Below, piece by piece: positions 41,910 to 51,524 of a stretch of 64,000 nucleotides of DNA; positions within the stretch are counted from its first letter, which is position 1; each line of letters starts with the position of its first letter. The notes beneath the pieces were generated by a model, which saw only the letters and a list, made by a program, of their open reading frames with translations, had not been told where the DNA came from and searched no databases. The stretch lies in the sequence record DRR723986_7384; one strand, written 5' to 3'. Made by a program: the position numbers and the translations under genes.

Positions 41910-42971
41910 ATGCGTGGAAAACCAATTTTACTTCTAGTAGTAGCCCTCGGTTGTGGCATGGTCGCAGCCGTTGCAGCTAGTAAAGCTGTCGTGGGTGGTG
42001 GAAACGGGCAGGCTGCTGAGGAGATGGTTGAGATCTTCGTGGCGGTAAAGGATCTTCCGCATGCGCAGAAGGTCACAGCCGAGAATATTAGGCTGGAAAA
42101 GTGGCCTAGGAAACGCCTTCCCGAAGGCGCGCTCGTCAATCTCGAACAACTCGAAGGCAAGTTTACCAATCAAGGTATCTTCGCCGGTGAACCCATCCTG
42201 GAACGAAAACTGAGCGAATCACGCGACAGTCTTTCGACGGGCATGCCCGAAGGCCATCGCATCTTCGACTTTGCTGGCGGTGTGACCGGTTACATCAAAC
42301 CCGGTGACCACGTTGATATATATGGCACCTTCCAACTTGGTGGTCGCAACAGCACACTTGAAAGTCGCATGGTGATGGAAGACGTCTCTGTGCACGCGAT
42401 AAACGGAATCACCATTCGGGATTCTGACGATCTCGCCAGCTCGCGGAAACTGACGTTTCAACTACTTGTGCGAGAGTCACAGTTGGAAGCGTTGACGCTA
42501 GCAAACAGAATGGGCGAACTAGACCTTCACCTGCGGCCAATGGGTGAATCCCAGGGCGACACAGAAACCGACAACGGCGAAGCGTTCTTGCAATGGGTCG
42601 AAGATTCGCGAGCACCCGAGCCAACGCTCCTAACTTCGACGGAGACCGCGCAACCGGTCGAGCAGGAACAACCTGCTGCAACGAACGAAGTTGCTCACGA
42701 AATGCTAGTTATGACTCCCAAAGGCATTCGACGCTATCAATGGGATGATAAGAATTCACTTCCGAAGCTGATGGAAGATAGCTCGCAAGGGGAGGGGGCA
42801 AACGGCTCTCGCGGTGAAACGCAAAATTCATCTCAGAATGTTCCTGAAGGTTATGGTGGTTATACGCCGACATATCCTAACAGCGACGAGATTGAACAGT
42901 TCCTGCAGGGGGAAGGCTCTCTCCCTCCAGAAGCAGACGAGCCGAGTGTGCTTCAGCGTCGTCGAAACTAA
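41910..42971 (+). CDS. cpaB: Flp pilus assembly protein CpaB/RcpC
   Basis: N-terminal TM, SAF domain (VAVKDLP...GEPILERKL), GYIKPGDHVD. Confidence 0.9.
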   Translation: MRGKPILLLVVALGCGMVAAVAASKAVVGGGNGQAAEEMVEIFVAVKDLPHAQKVTAENIRLEKWPRKRLPEGALVNLEQLEGKFTNQGIFAGEPILERKLSESRDSLSTGMPEGHRIFDFAGGVTGYIKPGDHVDIYGTFQLGGRNSTLESRMVMEDVSVHAINGITIRDSDDLASSRKLTFQLLVRESQLEALTLANRMGELDLHLRPMGESQGDTETDNGEAFLQWVEDSRAPEPTLLTSTETAQPVEQEQPAATNEVAHEMLVMTPKGIRRYQWDDKNSLPKLMEDSSQGEGANGSRGETQNSSQNVPEGYGGYTPTYPNSDEIEQFLQGEGSLPPEADEPSVLQRRRN

Positions 42972-43090
42972 AGTCGCTGCGAACGGGAAACTGTTCTAAG
43001 CGACTGCGCATCTGTGATGGATGCCAACAACCGTGGGTAGGGTTGATTCGCAATCAGGGAAGATTGTGAGCCTATTCCGCAGAAACAAGG

Positions 43091-44794
43091 ATGTTTTGCA
43101 TGGCTGCCTCGAAATTACGCCAACGCGTGTCTCACAAGCTGCGTGGGTTGCTGCGTTCCGCGCTATGCGCGTCAGCCCTCTACGCCGCCACGCAGTCCTC
43201 TGTGCTGGGACAGCAGACGAGCCAATGGGAACTCGCCAACTCGAACGTTGCCGTCGACTCCCGTCAACCCGGCCGTCAAGCGATCCGCATGGTGATCAAC
43301 ACCTCTCGCGAGATCACCGCAACGGAAGACTTCAAGCAGGTCAAGATCGAGAACGATACTGTTTTGACTGCTCAGCCGATTGGACCCAATCGGCTGCAAG
43401 TCTACGCGATGCAGGCTGGTATTACGCAAATTGACCTCGAATCGGCCGACGGTGATGTGCACCAGATCGAGGTGATGGTCGTTAGTGATGCGCGTGTCCT
43501 CGAGCGAACGCTGCAGGATGTTTTCCCCGACGCGAACCTTACCGTTTATCCGGTACAGCAGGGATGCATTATCAACGGCAGTGTGACCAACGCGAACCAA
43601 GTCGAGATGGTTTCGCAGATCGCCGAGCTGCACTTTCCAACCGTAATCAATAACGTCGAAGTCTCAGGCGTGTTTACGGTTCAACTAGAAGTACAAATCC
43701 TGGAAGTGTCTCGCACGAAGCTCCGTGAACTCGGAGTCGACTGGGCATTTTCCAACGGCGACGATGTCATCGCCCAGACCGTTGGCGGGCTAGTAAGTGC
43801 TACCGGAGCTGCTTTCACGGGCACCGGTCAAGAAACCGTCAGGTTGGGTGTTATCGAGAATAGCACATCATTCTTCAGCGGAGTCCGAGCGCTTCGCCGC
43901 AATAACCTCGTCAAAGTCCTTGCCGAACCGAAGTTGGTCGCCGTCGATGGGCGTCCCGCCAGCTTCAACAGTGGTGGTGAAGTACCGATTCTGATCCCGG
44001 CAGGCCTGGGCCAAGTTGGTGTTCAGTTCCGCGAGTTTGGCACGCGCCTTGACTACGTCGCCAAGGTGCTTGGCAACGGCCGGATTTGGCTTGAAGTGCG
44101 ACCGTATGTTAGCGAAGTGGATCCGAGTCGGTCCGTCAGTGCTAGCGGTATTAGCGTCCCTGGTTTCCGCAGTCGTTATCTCGAGACTGGCGTCGAATTG
44201 GGTGCCGGCCAGACGCTGGCCCTTGCTGGACTGTTGCAGGTCAAGAGCGAAACGATCAACCTGGGACTCCCTGTACTTAGCGACATGCCGTACTTGGGTG
44301 TCTTGTTCCGGAGCACTCGAGAGGAACAGAACGAAATCGAACTGCTCATCACGGTCACGCCTAACTTCGCCGCTGGACTGGATCCTCACCAAGTCCCTTG
44401 TGCACTTCCTGGTCTTGGCTCACAGTCGCCAACGGACAAGGAACTGTACCTCCGCGGTTATATGGAATCACCTGCACCGGATGGATGCGGGCCGAACTGC
44501 CAACCAGGCGGGCTTCTGCCACCGCCACACTCCGCGCAGTTCGAGCCAGCTCAAGTTTATGAGGGCGGAATCATCATGCCCCAAGGAACCCAGCCGGTGC
44601 AAAACATGGGACCGCAGGTTGCACCACAACCCGTCCCAGCCCCGCCAGCAATGAGCGTCGCGCCCCACGCGCCGAGACTTGCTACTCGCCCCCAAGGAGA
44701 ATTCTCCCCGTACTATAACGGTACCGATGGGGCGGCAGGCAGCAATTCCGCAACGGGTGCGAGTCAGTATCCGACCGGCGGCGTCATGCGATAA
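43091..44794 (+). CDS. cpaC: Tad secretin CpaC/RcpA
   Basis: VQILEVSRTKLRELGVDW, LAEPKL, ASFNSGGEVP, FREFGTRL, GQTLALAGL, ELLITVTP. The start may be 43100. Confidence 0.93.
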   Translation: MFCMAASKLRQRVSHKLRGLLRSALCASALYAATQSSVLGQQTSQWELANSNVAVDSRQPGRQAIRMVINTSREITATEDFKQVKIENDTVLTAQPIGPNRLQVYAMQAGITQIDLESADGDVHQIEVMVVSDARVLERTLQDVFPDANLTVYPVQQGCIINGSVTNANQVEMVSQIAELHFPTVINNVEVSGVFTVQLEVQILEVSRTKLRELGVDWAFSNGDDVIAQTVGGLVSATGAAFTGTGQETVRLGVIENSTSFFSGVRALRRNNLVKVLAEPKLVAVDGRPASFNSGGEVPILIPAGLGQVGVQFREFGTRLDYVAKVLGNGRIWLEVRPYVSEVDPSRSVSASGISVPGFRSRYLETGVELGAGQTLALAGLLQVKSETINLGLPVLSDMPYLGVLFRSTREEQNEIELLITVTPNFAAGLDPHQVPCALPGLGSQSPTDKELYLRGYMESPAPDGCGPNCQPGGLLPPPHSAQFEPAQVYEGGIIMPQGTQPVQNMGPQVAPQPVPAPPAMSVAPHAPRLATRPQGEFSPYYNGTDGAAGSNSATGASQYPTGGVMR

Positions 44795-44862
44795 CTAGAC
44801 GATAGAAACACGGTGGTGGCGTTTGACGCTCCGACGATCGAAATAGTAAAAGGCCAGCGTGT

Positions 44863-46089
44863 ATGAGCAACGTTTTACGAATAGCATTGGTTGATCCGGA
44901 TGATCAATCACGAGAGTCGCTGAAGAACACTCTTCTGGGCATGGACGTCGTATGGCTTGAGGCCGAATGCTCGCGATACGAGTTCTTTCCGGACGTCGTT
45001 TCACAGTCGACTCCCGATGTTGGAATCGTCAATCTTGATGGCGATCAGGAAAAGGCAATTTCGCTGCTTTCGCGCATGCGCGCCGACCATCCAGACTGCG
45101 CATTGTTAGCGGTTAGCTCAGGGTCCGACGGCCAACTCATCTTGCAAGCCATGCGTGCTGGAGCCAGAGAGTTCCTAACCCTTCCAGCGAACCTAGACGA
45201 AATCCTGGCGGCCTTGGGCCGTATTGGCGAACAGAAATACGGCACTGCAGGTGCAGCAAGTCGTTCGACGAAGATCATTGCCGTTGCCGGCGCTTCTGGC
45301 GGTGTTGGCTGCACGAGCGTGGCCGTAAATCTGGGCTGCGTACTAGCCTCGCAACCAAACAACAGTGTCGCTTTGGTCGACCTAGACATGGCAATCGGCG
45401 ATGCAGATGTATTTCTGGACACGATCCCCGACTACACACTGATCGACGTTACGCAGGAAATATCGCGTCTCGACTTTCAGATGTTGAAGCGATCGCTCAC
45501 CAAGCACAGTTCGGGACTTTATCTATTGCCGCGCCCAGTGCAACTCCAAGACTCGAGCATGATTACGCCCGAGTCCTTGCGCCGCGTGTTCGGCTTGCTG
45601 AAAGCGACGTTTACTCACATTGTGATTGACGTATCGAAATCTTTCTCCGACACCGACATCGCCGCTTTGGAATTTGCCGACGATGTGTTGATGGTCGTAC
45701 AGCTAGACCTGCCGACCCTTCGCAACTTAGTGCGATTGCAAGCGTCATTCGATGAGATCGAACAACTTCGCGACAAGCTGAAGATTGTTGTGAACCGCGT
45801 CGGTCTGGAGAGTGGCCAGATCAAGCTCAAGAAGGCGAAAGAGACGATCGGACGCGACGTCTACTTCCAAATCCCCAACGACTACCGAACGATGATCGAA
45901 GTTCGCAACAACGGGGTTCCGCTGCTCGAGCAGGCTCCCAAAGCGCCGATCACGCTCGCGATGCAGGAACTTGCGCATCGACTGTGTGGCAATGGTGAAG
46001 AAGACGTGGAGGCGGATGACAAGCCGACGTCGAACGTTTCTTCAAGCTGGCTGAACTTCTGGCCAGGTAAGTCGAAGGCCAAGAGCTAG
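44863..46089 (+). CDS. cpaE: CpaE/TadZ (pseudo-receiver plus MinD/ParA-like ATPase)
   Basis: Receiver with AMRAGAREFL, deviant Walker A GASGGVGCTS, LVDLD, IVVNR, IPND. Confidence 0.9.
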   Translation: MSNVLRIALVDPDDQSRESLKNTLLGMDVVWLEAECSRYEFFPDVVSQSTPDVGIVNLDGDQEKAISLLSRMRADHPDCALLAVSSGSDGQLILQAMRAGAREFLTLPANLDEILAALGRIGEQKYGTAGAASRSTKIIAVAGASGGVGCTSVAVNLGCVLASQPNNSVALVDLDMAIGDADVFLDTIPDYTLIDVTQEISRLDFQMLKRSLTKHSSGLYLLPRPVQLQDSSMITPESLRRVFGLLKATFTHIVIDVSKSFSDTDIAALEFADDVLMVVQLDLPTLRNLVRLQASFDEIEQLRDKLKIVVNRVGLESGQIKLKKAKETIGRDVYFQIPNDYRTMIEVRNNGVPLLEQAPKAPITLAMQELAHRLCGNGEEDVEADDKPTSNVSSSWLNFWPGKSKAKS

Positions 46090-46171
46090 CGGAATTTCAC
46101 TTCCAACTCCAAGATGCCTATAATGGTTACTCATCGTGGTATCCACACTTCTGATTTGATGGGCGTCTCCC

Positions 46172-46555
46172 ATGCCAAAGTTAGTCACTGTCGAACAATA
46201 TTCCCTGGTCGGTAGCGCGAAACTCGCCCAGCAATATCTTGAGCAACACGAAGTTCAGGCATTCCTGGCTGATGACCAAATCATCGACATGGATTGGATG
46301 TTGGGAGCCGCAGTTGGTGGTGTTAAGGTTCAGGTCGAAGAATCTGACGTACCGCGAGCCAAAGAGCTTCTGGATGAACTGCGGGAGAAGCGCAACGGTC
46401 CAGACGACCTAGAGCCCGTAGATTTCAAGTGCGATGAGTGCTACGGAATTCTGTCGTTTCCGGGCAATCGCCGTGGCGGTGTAGAAACGTGTAAACACTG
46501 CGGTTGCTACGTCGACGTTCCCTCAGGTGAACCAGAGGACGAGTACTGGAAATAG
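46172..46555 (+). CDS. DUF2007-like (putative signal transducing) protein with C-terminal zinc ribbon
   Basis: LEQHEVQAFLADD...GGVKVQV..SD; CDEC...CKHC. Confidence 0.75.
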   Translation: MPKLVTVEQYSLVGSAKLAQQYLEQHEVQAFLADDQIIDMDWMLGAAVGGVKVQVEESDVPRAKELLDELREKRNGPDDLEPVDFKCDECYGILSFPGNRRGGVETCKHCGCYVDVPSGEPEDEYWK

Positions 46556-46572
46556 CGCTCGCTAGGCTCGAA

Positions 46573-47616
46573 CTAGTCTTCCGTGTTCACTAAGACGCTC
46601 TTGGCGATTCGCCCAGAGTGCATCTCTTCGAAAGCATCGTGCCAGTCGTCAAGCTGCCACGTCCCACCAACGATTTTCGATACATCCAGGTCACCGCTGG
46701 CCAGCAGCACGAGCACGCGTTCCCAAGTCGACCAGGTGTGCGAAAAACTCCCCTGCAATTGCACATTCTTCTGCACCAGCGGGTCAAGCGAGAAACCGAG
46801 CGGATCGCGGCCCCAACCAACTTTGCTAATCCAGCCCGCAGGGCGAACTGCCTTGACGGCAAGCTCAAGGGTTGCAGAAATGCCCGCAGCATCGACAACG
46901 CCGTCTGCGCCCAAACCGTCTCGCTCGAGAGCCCAGTCAAGCGCTTGGTCAGCGCTTTCGATTGTGTGACACCCAAAGCCTTTTGCGATATCAAGCCGAG
47001 CCGCGTCACTGGGTAGGCCAACCACGGCCACGTGCGCACCTCGTAGGCGAGCCATTGCAGCCGAGAGCAAGCCAATGGGGCCAGGTCCAATCACCATCAC
47101 TCGATCGCCCGGCAGGATATCAACGTTCGTTACCACAGCGCTAAATGCAACGCAGCAAGGCTCTGTTAGCGCCGCGACATCCAACGGCAATGATTCGGGA
47201 ACCTTGTGAAGACATCGGGCAGGCACACGCACGAACCGGGTCATGGCTCCGTCAACACCATAGCCGAACCCCTTTCGGTTCGGATCGAGATTGTACCGTC
47301 CAATCCGGGTCATCGGACTGTTCGCATCAATAACTGCAGCAGTTTCGCTGCAGGCACGATCCCCTTCGCTGAACCCAACTACCGATGCACCGACTCGCTC
47401 AATCACACCAGCGAACTCATGCCCAAGTGTGACAGGGTAATTCACCGGCCAACTGTGCTGAGCGGTCCACTGGTGAAGATCACTTCCGCAAACGCCGACT
47501 GCCGCGACTTTTAACAGGACGTCATCATCGCCAATCTCCGGAATCGGAATCTCCCGTAGTTCTACGCTTCCAGGTTCCGGAGCAAAATTCACGATGGCCG
47601 GCTGGTTTGGAGGCAT
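46573..47616 (-). CDS. Zinc-binding alcohol/sugar dehydrogenase (MDR family)
   Basis: GVCGSDLH, GHEFAG, LTEP, GPGPIG. Confidence 0.92.
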   Translation of the reverse strand: MPPNQPAIVNFAPEPGSVELREIPIPEIGDDDVLLKVAAVGVCGSDLHQWTAQHSWPVNYPVTLGHEFAGVIERVGASVVGFSEGDRACSETAAVIDANSPMTRIGRYNLDPNRKGFGYGVDGAMTRFVRVPARCLHKVPESLPLDVAALTEPCCVAFSAVVTNVDILPGDRVMVIGPGPIGLLSAAMARLRGAHVAVVGLPSDAARLDIAKGFGCHTIESADQALDWALERDGLGADGVVDAAGISATLELAVKAVRPAGWISKVGWGRDPLGFSLDPLVQKNVQLQGSFSHTWSTWERVLVLLASGDLDVSKIVGGTWQLDDWHDAFEEMHSGRIAKSVLVNTED

Positions 47617-47689
47617 AGTTTCTTGATCTGTATGGATTGGAATGGCAGGGAGTTAGCACGCAGAATCCGTGCGCATTCTAGAGATTTCC

Positions 47690-47717
47690 TTGACAGGCCA
47701 CTAGTTGTTTGTACTCT
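47690..47717 (+). promoter_or_regulatory. Sigma70 promoter for the riboswitch leader
   Basis: TTGACA (47690-47695), 16 nt, TACTCT (47712-47717), about 11 nt before riboswitch P1. Confidence 0.65.
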
Positions 47718-47728
47718 AGTGGGCAGAT

Positions 47729-47942
47729 CGTGGTGGTGAGTGCCTGATGCTTCAGGGCTCACGAACAGGGAACTCCGGTGAAATTCCGGGACGGACCGGC
47801 CGCTGTGATTTGCCGCACGTTGCTCTTTGTTTAATTGAGCATCGTTGTTCACGCTCCTTCTGGATGAAGTGTCATTGCCCCAAACACTTGGGGTGAGAAG
47901 ACGTCGAGTGTGAATAGGCAAAGAGTCAGAAGACCTACCACG
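47729..47942 (+). ncRNA. Cobalamin (AdoCbl class) riboswitch
   Basis: P1 CGTGGT...ACCACG; GGTG; AACAGGGAA-CTCCGGTGAAATTCCGG-GACGGACCGGCCGCTGTGA; GTCATTG...GAGAAGAC; B12 box GAGTCAGAAGACCTAC. Confidence 0.92.
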
Positions 47943-48052
47943 CGTTTAGAGCATCTGCCCTCCTGGATTTTGGGGCTTGCGCTTGAGGGGTAATTCAATG
48001 TCGAATTGCCTTCACCTCTAAAGCACTTTGGCACATCCTGGAACACGGCGTC

Positions 48053-48841
48053 ATGCGCTCACGGTCCGCATTTACCCTTGTGGAATTGCTCGTTGTCATT
48101 GCGATCATTGGCATTCTTGTCGGCTTGTTACTGCCAGCGGTGCAGGCGGCTCGAGAAGCTGCTCGCAAGGTATCTTGCAAAAACAATCTTCGGCAAATGG
48201 GAATCGCCCTCCACAACTATGAATCTGCCCACCGTTGCATGCCGACGGGATGCATTCAGTGGCGGCCCTTTGGCGGAAGCCCTTCACGCAAGCAATTTGC
48301 GTGGTCAGCCCTTATCCTGCCGTTTCTCGAGCAAGGAAACCTACACGCCCAAATTAATTTCGGCGTTCCCTTTGATGCACCGGAGAACGCTGAGTCCGCA
48401 GCAAGACGGTTGCAAGTCTACGAATGCCCAACTGCCGAAGACCGCGAGATGATTCGTGGAAGAACCGATTATGGAGGGCTGTTCGGCGAACGGATGCAGG
48501 ACAACAAGCCCGACGACGGAACCTTCCTCTACGAGACCAAGATCGAGTTCCGTGACATTCGCGACGGCCTCTCTCAGACTGCGTGCATTTCCGAGGACGT
48601 CGGTGGACCGAGCAGTGAGTGGATTAACGGTGCCAACGTCTTCGTTCAATCTGGCTCAATCAACGATCCAAACGTTTGGATTGGCGACAACGAAATTCGC
48701 TCCAAACACACTGGAGGCGCGATGATTCTGTTCGCGGACAGCCACGTGCACTTCATCTCCCAACACGTTGATCAACAGGTCTTAGGGGCCATCATTACTC
48801 GCGCCAGCGGTGAAGTTGTTAATGAGTCCGACTACAGATAA
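48053..48841 (+). CDS. DUF1559 family type IV prepilin-like protein
   Basis: [58 protein letters not shown]-terminal H-X9-D(S) motif [12 protein letters not shown]. Confidence 0.95.
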   Translation: MRSRSAFTLVELLVVIAIIGILVGLLLPAVQAAREAARKVSCKNNLRQMGIALHNYESAHRCMPTGCIQWRPFGGSPSRKQFAWSALILPFLEQGNLHAQINFGVPFDAPENAESAARRLQVYECPTAEDREMIRGRTDYGGLFGERMQDNKPDDGTFLYETKIEFRDIRDGLSQTACISEDVGGPSSEWINGANVFVQSGSINDPNVWIGDNEIRSKHTGGAMILFADSHVHFISQHVDQQVLGAIITRASGEVVNESDYR

Positions 48842-48893
48842 CAAAACCCTACACGCGAACAACACAAGACATCACACCAAGAAGACTACCAAC

Positions 48894-49787
48894 ATGAGAA
48901 CCTCAATGCCTCGAACCACCTTCAGTCAAAGCTTGTGCAGCGGTTTAAGAGCCTGTTGCGCGATCGTCTTTTCCGCGTACCTTCTACCAGTCTGCAGCCA
49001 GGCGGCGGTAATTGACTTCGAAGATCTCACGGTCTTCAGCGGCACCAGCGGAACAAGCGACAATCAACCTGGCGGACAGTTTTACAACGGGGACACCGGT
49101 GCAACGAACACCGATGGTTTCTCCAGCGGTGGGATGTTCTTCAGCAATTCGTTTACTCAAACTGATACGTTTTCGTTTTGGAGTGGTTTTGCTTACTCCA
49201 ACGTCGTCAACAGCGTGACCTCTGGCTTCGGAAATCAATACGCTTCCGTGGCTGGTGGAGGAGCTGACGGGTCTGGCGGTGCATCAGCGGGCACAAACTA
49301 CGGCTTGCTTTTTGGCGGTGGATTCCTGAATGTGCCTGTAAACCAAGAGCTCGCGTCGATGGAGATCACAAACACCACCTATGCTCACAATTCAATGCGC
49401 GATGGCGACGGATTCGCGAAGCAGTTTGGTGGTCCAACCGGCTCCGACCCAGACTTCTTCCGACTCAACATCGTTGGCTTCAACGCTGAAGCCGGCGGTG
49501 GCGACATGGTCGGAAGCCTGCAAGTCTCACTGGCGGATTACACCTTCACGGACGACTCTCAAGACTTCATTCTCGATTCATGGACGAACGTCGACCTAAC
49601 CAGCCTTGCCGGCGCACGCAGCCTGACGTTCTCGTTTGAGTCGAGCGATGTTGGCAACTTTGGAATCAACACGCCAAGATACTTTGCCGTCGACAACATC
49701 GCATTGACGGCCGTGCCAGAGCCCACGTCAATCTTTATGTTGGCATTCGCGTGTGCGACAACAGCCACGCGGCGAAGGAAAAGCTAG
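48894..49787 (+). CDS. DUF4465 domain protein with PEP-CTERM sorting signal (BtuJ-like putative B12-binding surface protein)
   Basis: Signal peptide; WSGFAYSN, NQYAS, ITNTTYA..SMRDGDGFAKQFGG, LADY, W..VDLTSL, ESSDVG..GINTP.YFAVDN; C-terminal VPEPTS + hydrophobic stretch + RRRK. Confidence 0.85.
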   Translation: MRTSMPRTTFSQSLCSGLRACCAIVFSAYLLPVCSQAAVIDFEDLTVFSGTSGTSDNQPGGQFYNGDTGATNTDGFSSGGMFFSNSFTQTDTFSFWSGFAYSNVVNSVTSGFGNQYASVAGGGADGSGGASAGTNYGLLFGGGFLNVPVNQELASMEITNTTYAHNSMRDGDGFAKQFGGPTGSDPDFFRLNIVGFNAEAGGGDMVGSLQVSLADYTFTDDSQDFILDSWTNVDLTSLAGARSLTFSFESSDVGNFGINTPRYFAVDNIALTAVPEPTSIFMLAFACATTATRRRKS

Positions 49788-49801
49788 TTCTGAAAAGCAG
49801 A

Positions 49802-51175
49802 CTACGCGGCGGAGCGATCCGCTGCTTTCGTAGCCGATAAACTGCCGCAGATGTTCAGCACCTGCTCAGCCGACTGCTTCCAGCTCGTCAACCTGCGCTG
49901 GGCAATCCTGGTCGGAGCCCCGGAGGATTTGGCGTCCTCCCACTGAACAAGTTGTTCAACCAGACTTTGCGGACCATCAAGAGCAAAGTAGGTGCAGTCC
50001 TGTTGCCCGACTTCGCGATGGATTTTTGTGTCGCTGGCAAAGGTCTTCTGACCAAACCACAGCGATTCCACAATGGGCAATCCAAAGCCTTCAACGATTG
50101 ATGGGAAGATTACACCGCCAGCGTTGCGGTAGCAGTACTGCAGCTCTGCGTCGTCAAGATCGTTGAACAGAAACAGCTTCCGCCCGAATTCTTCATGCGC
50201 CCGGATTCGCTGGACGGTTGCGTCAGCTTTAGCGCCTAACCTACCGACCAACACAAGCTTTGCACCGGAGCCTTGCGTCCAGTGCTTTTCCATGGCGTCG
50301 AGCAGATACTCGTGATTCTTTCGTGGATCAAACGAGGAAACGGTCAGGTACGGCGCGTCTCCCGTGAACACTTCCTGAACGTGCGAGCGGACTTCGCCAT
50401 CGCAGTTGCTGAGTTCGCAACCAAGCTCAAATGGCTCGACGGCGGAACATAGCGTGGGATCGTTCTGCCCACGCAGAAACTCCACCAGATCATCTCGGAC
50501 GGTCTTGGAGATCGTGAGCAGCAGGTCGGTACTACGAGCGCACTCGACTAGATATTTCTTAAAAGCGGTTGAGCGTTCTTTGCCGACGAACTGTGGGTGT
50601 GTCAGCGGGATTAGATCGTAGATCACGCATGCAACGGTTGCTCCAGCGGCACGAGCGTCTTGAGCGGCTGGCCACACGGTGTCCTGAAGCTTGCTCACCC
50701 AGTAAGCGTCAGGCAGCAAGAACAGATCCCCAGGACCTGGCTGTACCGATTGACCGCTGGTCGCAATCTTTCTCTGCAGTCGACTTGCTTTGAAACTGTA
50801 GGGCAGCTTAAAAATGCCGAGATGCCCAGGTTCAGGCAACAGCCATTTCTGAAGTGCTTTGGAGCGGACCACCGAACACGCACTTGAAGCGAACGCCCGA
50901 TACGCAAGAGATTGCTCTCGCAACACATCGTGCCGCAGGCTACCAAACCTTGCCAGGCTCTGACACTGCGCTGCAGTCAGTGAGACGAACTTCCCGTCGC
51001 TACTGATGACTTGAGAATACTCAAACCGCTGACCTTCGGCGCTGAGCTGTTCAGTTTGCGCGGACAGATTGCGAACGACACGTTCGATTCCGGAATTTCG
51101 GCCAGAACCAAGCGTGTACGAAGCATCAACGAAGATGCGGTTGGTATTTTGGGCGTGAATTTTGGACCTGAGCAT
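49802..51175 (-). CDS. GT4 glycosyltransferase
   Basis: SGIERVVRN, YDLIPLTHP, PRKNH, FPSIVEGFGLPIVE. Confidence 0.9.
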   Translation of the reverse strand: MLRSKIHAQNTNRIFVDASYTLGSGRNSGIERVVRNLSAQTEQLSAEGQRFEYSQVISSDGKFVSLTAAQCQSLARFGSLRHDVLREQSLAYRAFASSACSVVRSKALQKWLLPEPGHLGIFKLPYSFKASRLQRKIATSGQSVQPGPGDLFLLPDAYWVSKLQDTVWPAAQDARAAGATVACVIYDLIPLTHPQFVGKERSTAFKKYLVECARSTDLLLTISKTVRDDLVEFLRGQNDPTLCSAVEPFELGCELSNCDGEVRSHVQEVFTGDAPYLTVSSFDPRKNHEYLLDAMEKHWTQGSGAKLVLVGRLGAKADATVQRIRAHEEFGRKLFLFNDLDDAELQYCYRNAGGVIFPSIVEGFGLPIVESLWFGQKTFASDTKIHREVGQQDCTYFALDGPQSLVEQLVQWEDAKSSGAPTRIAQRRLTSWKQSAEQVLNICGSLSATKAADRSAA

Positions 51176-51524
51176 CTGCTCTGTATGTTGATTCTTAAGA
51201 AGGGTTCGCCGGGCATATTGTCGACGCCGGATTGAACTTGTCTGCTGTCATCCGTACGCGGAGAGTGCCCGAACTAGGATCGTTGGATAGCAGATTCATC
51301 GATTCAATCAAAGGGCAGCCTGCACCAAAATCGAAGCGTCAACACAAATCCGCTATGCCTGCATTCGACCGCCGCGGATCCCATGTCCGGCATTGGCCAC
51401 TTCACCTCGTCTCCGATATAACCTATCTAGGCTAGCTTGCGTGTTTTTGCATTCAGCTCCCGCGTGAGCCCTTGGACTGTGCAGACGTCTCCCAGTATTC
51501 GAAGCGTGCAAAGGCAACTGCTCT

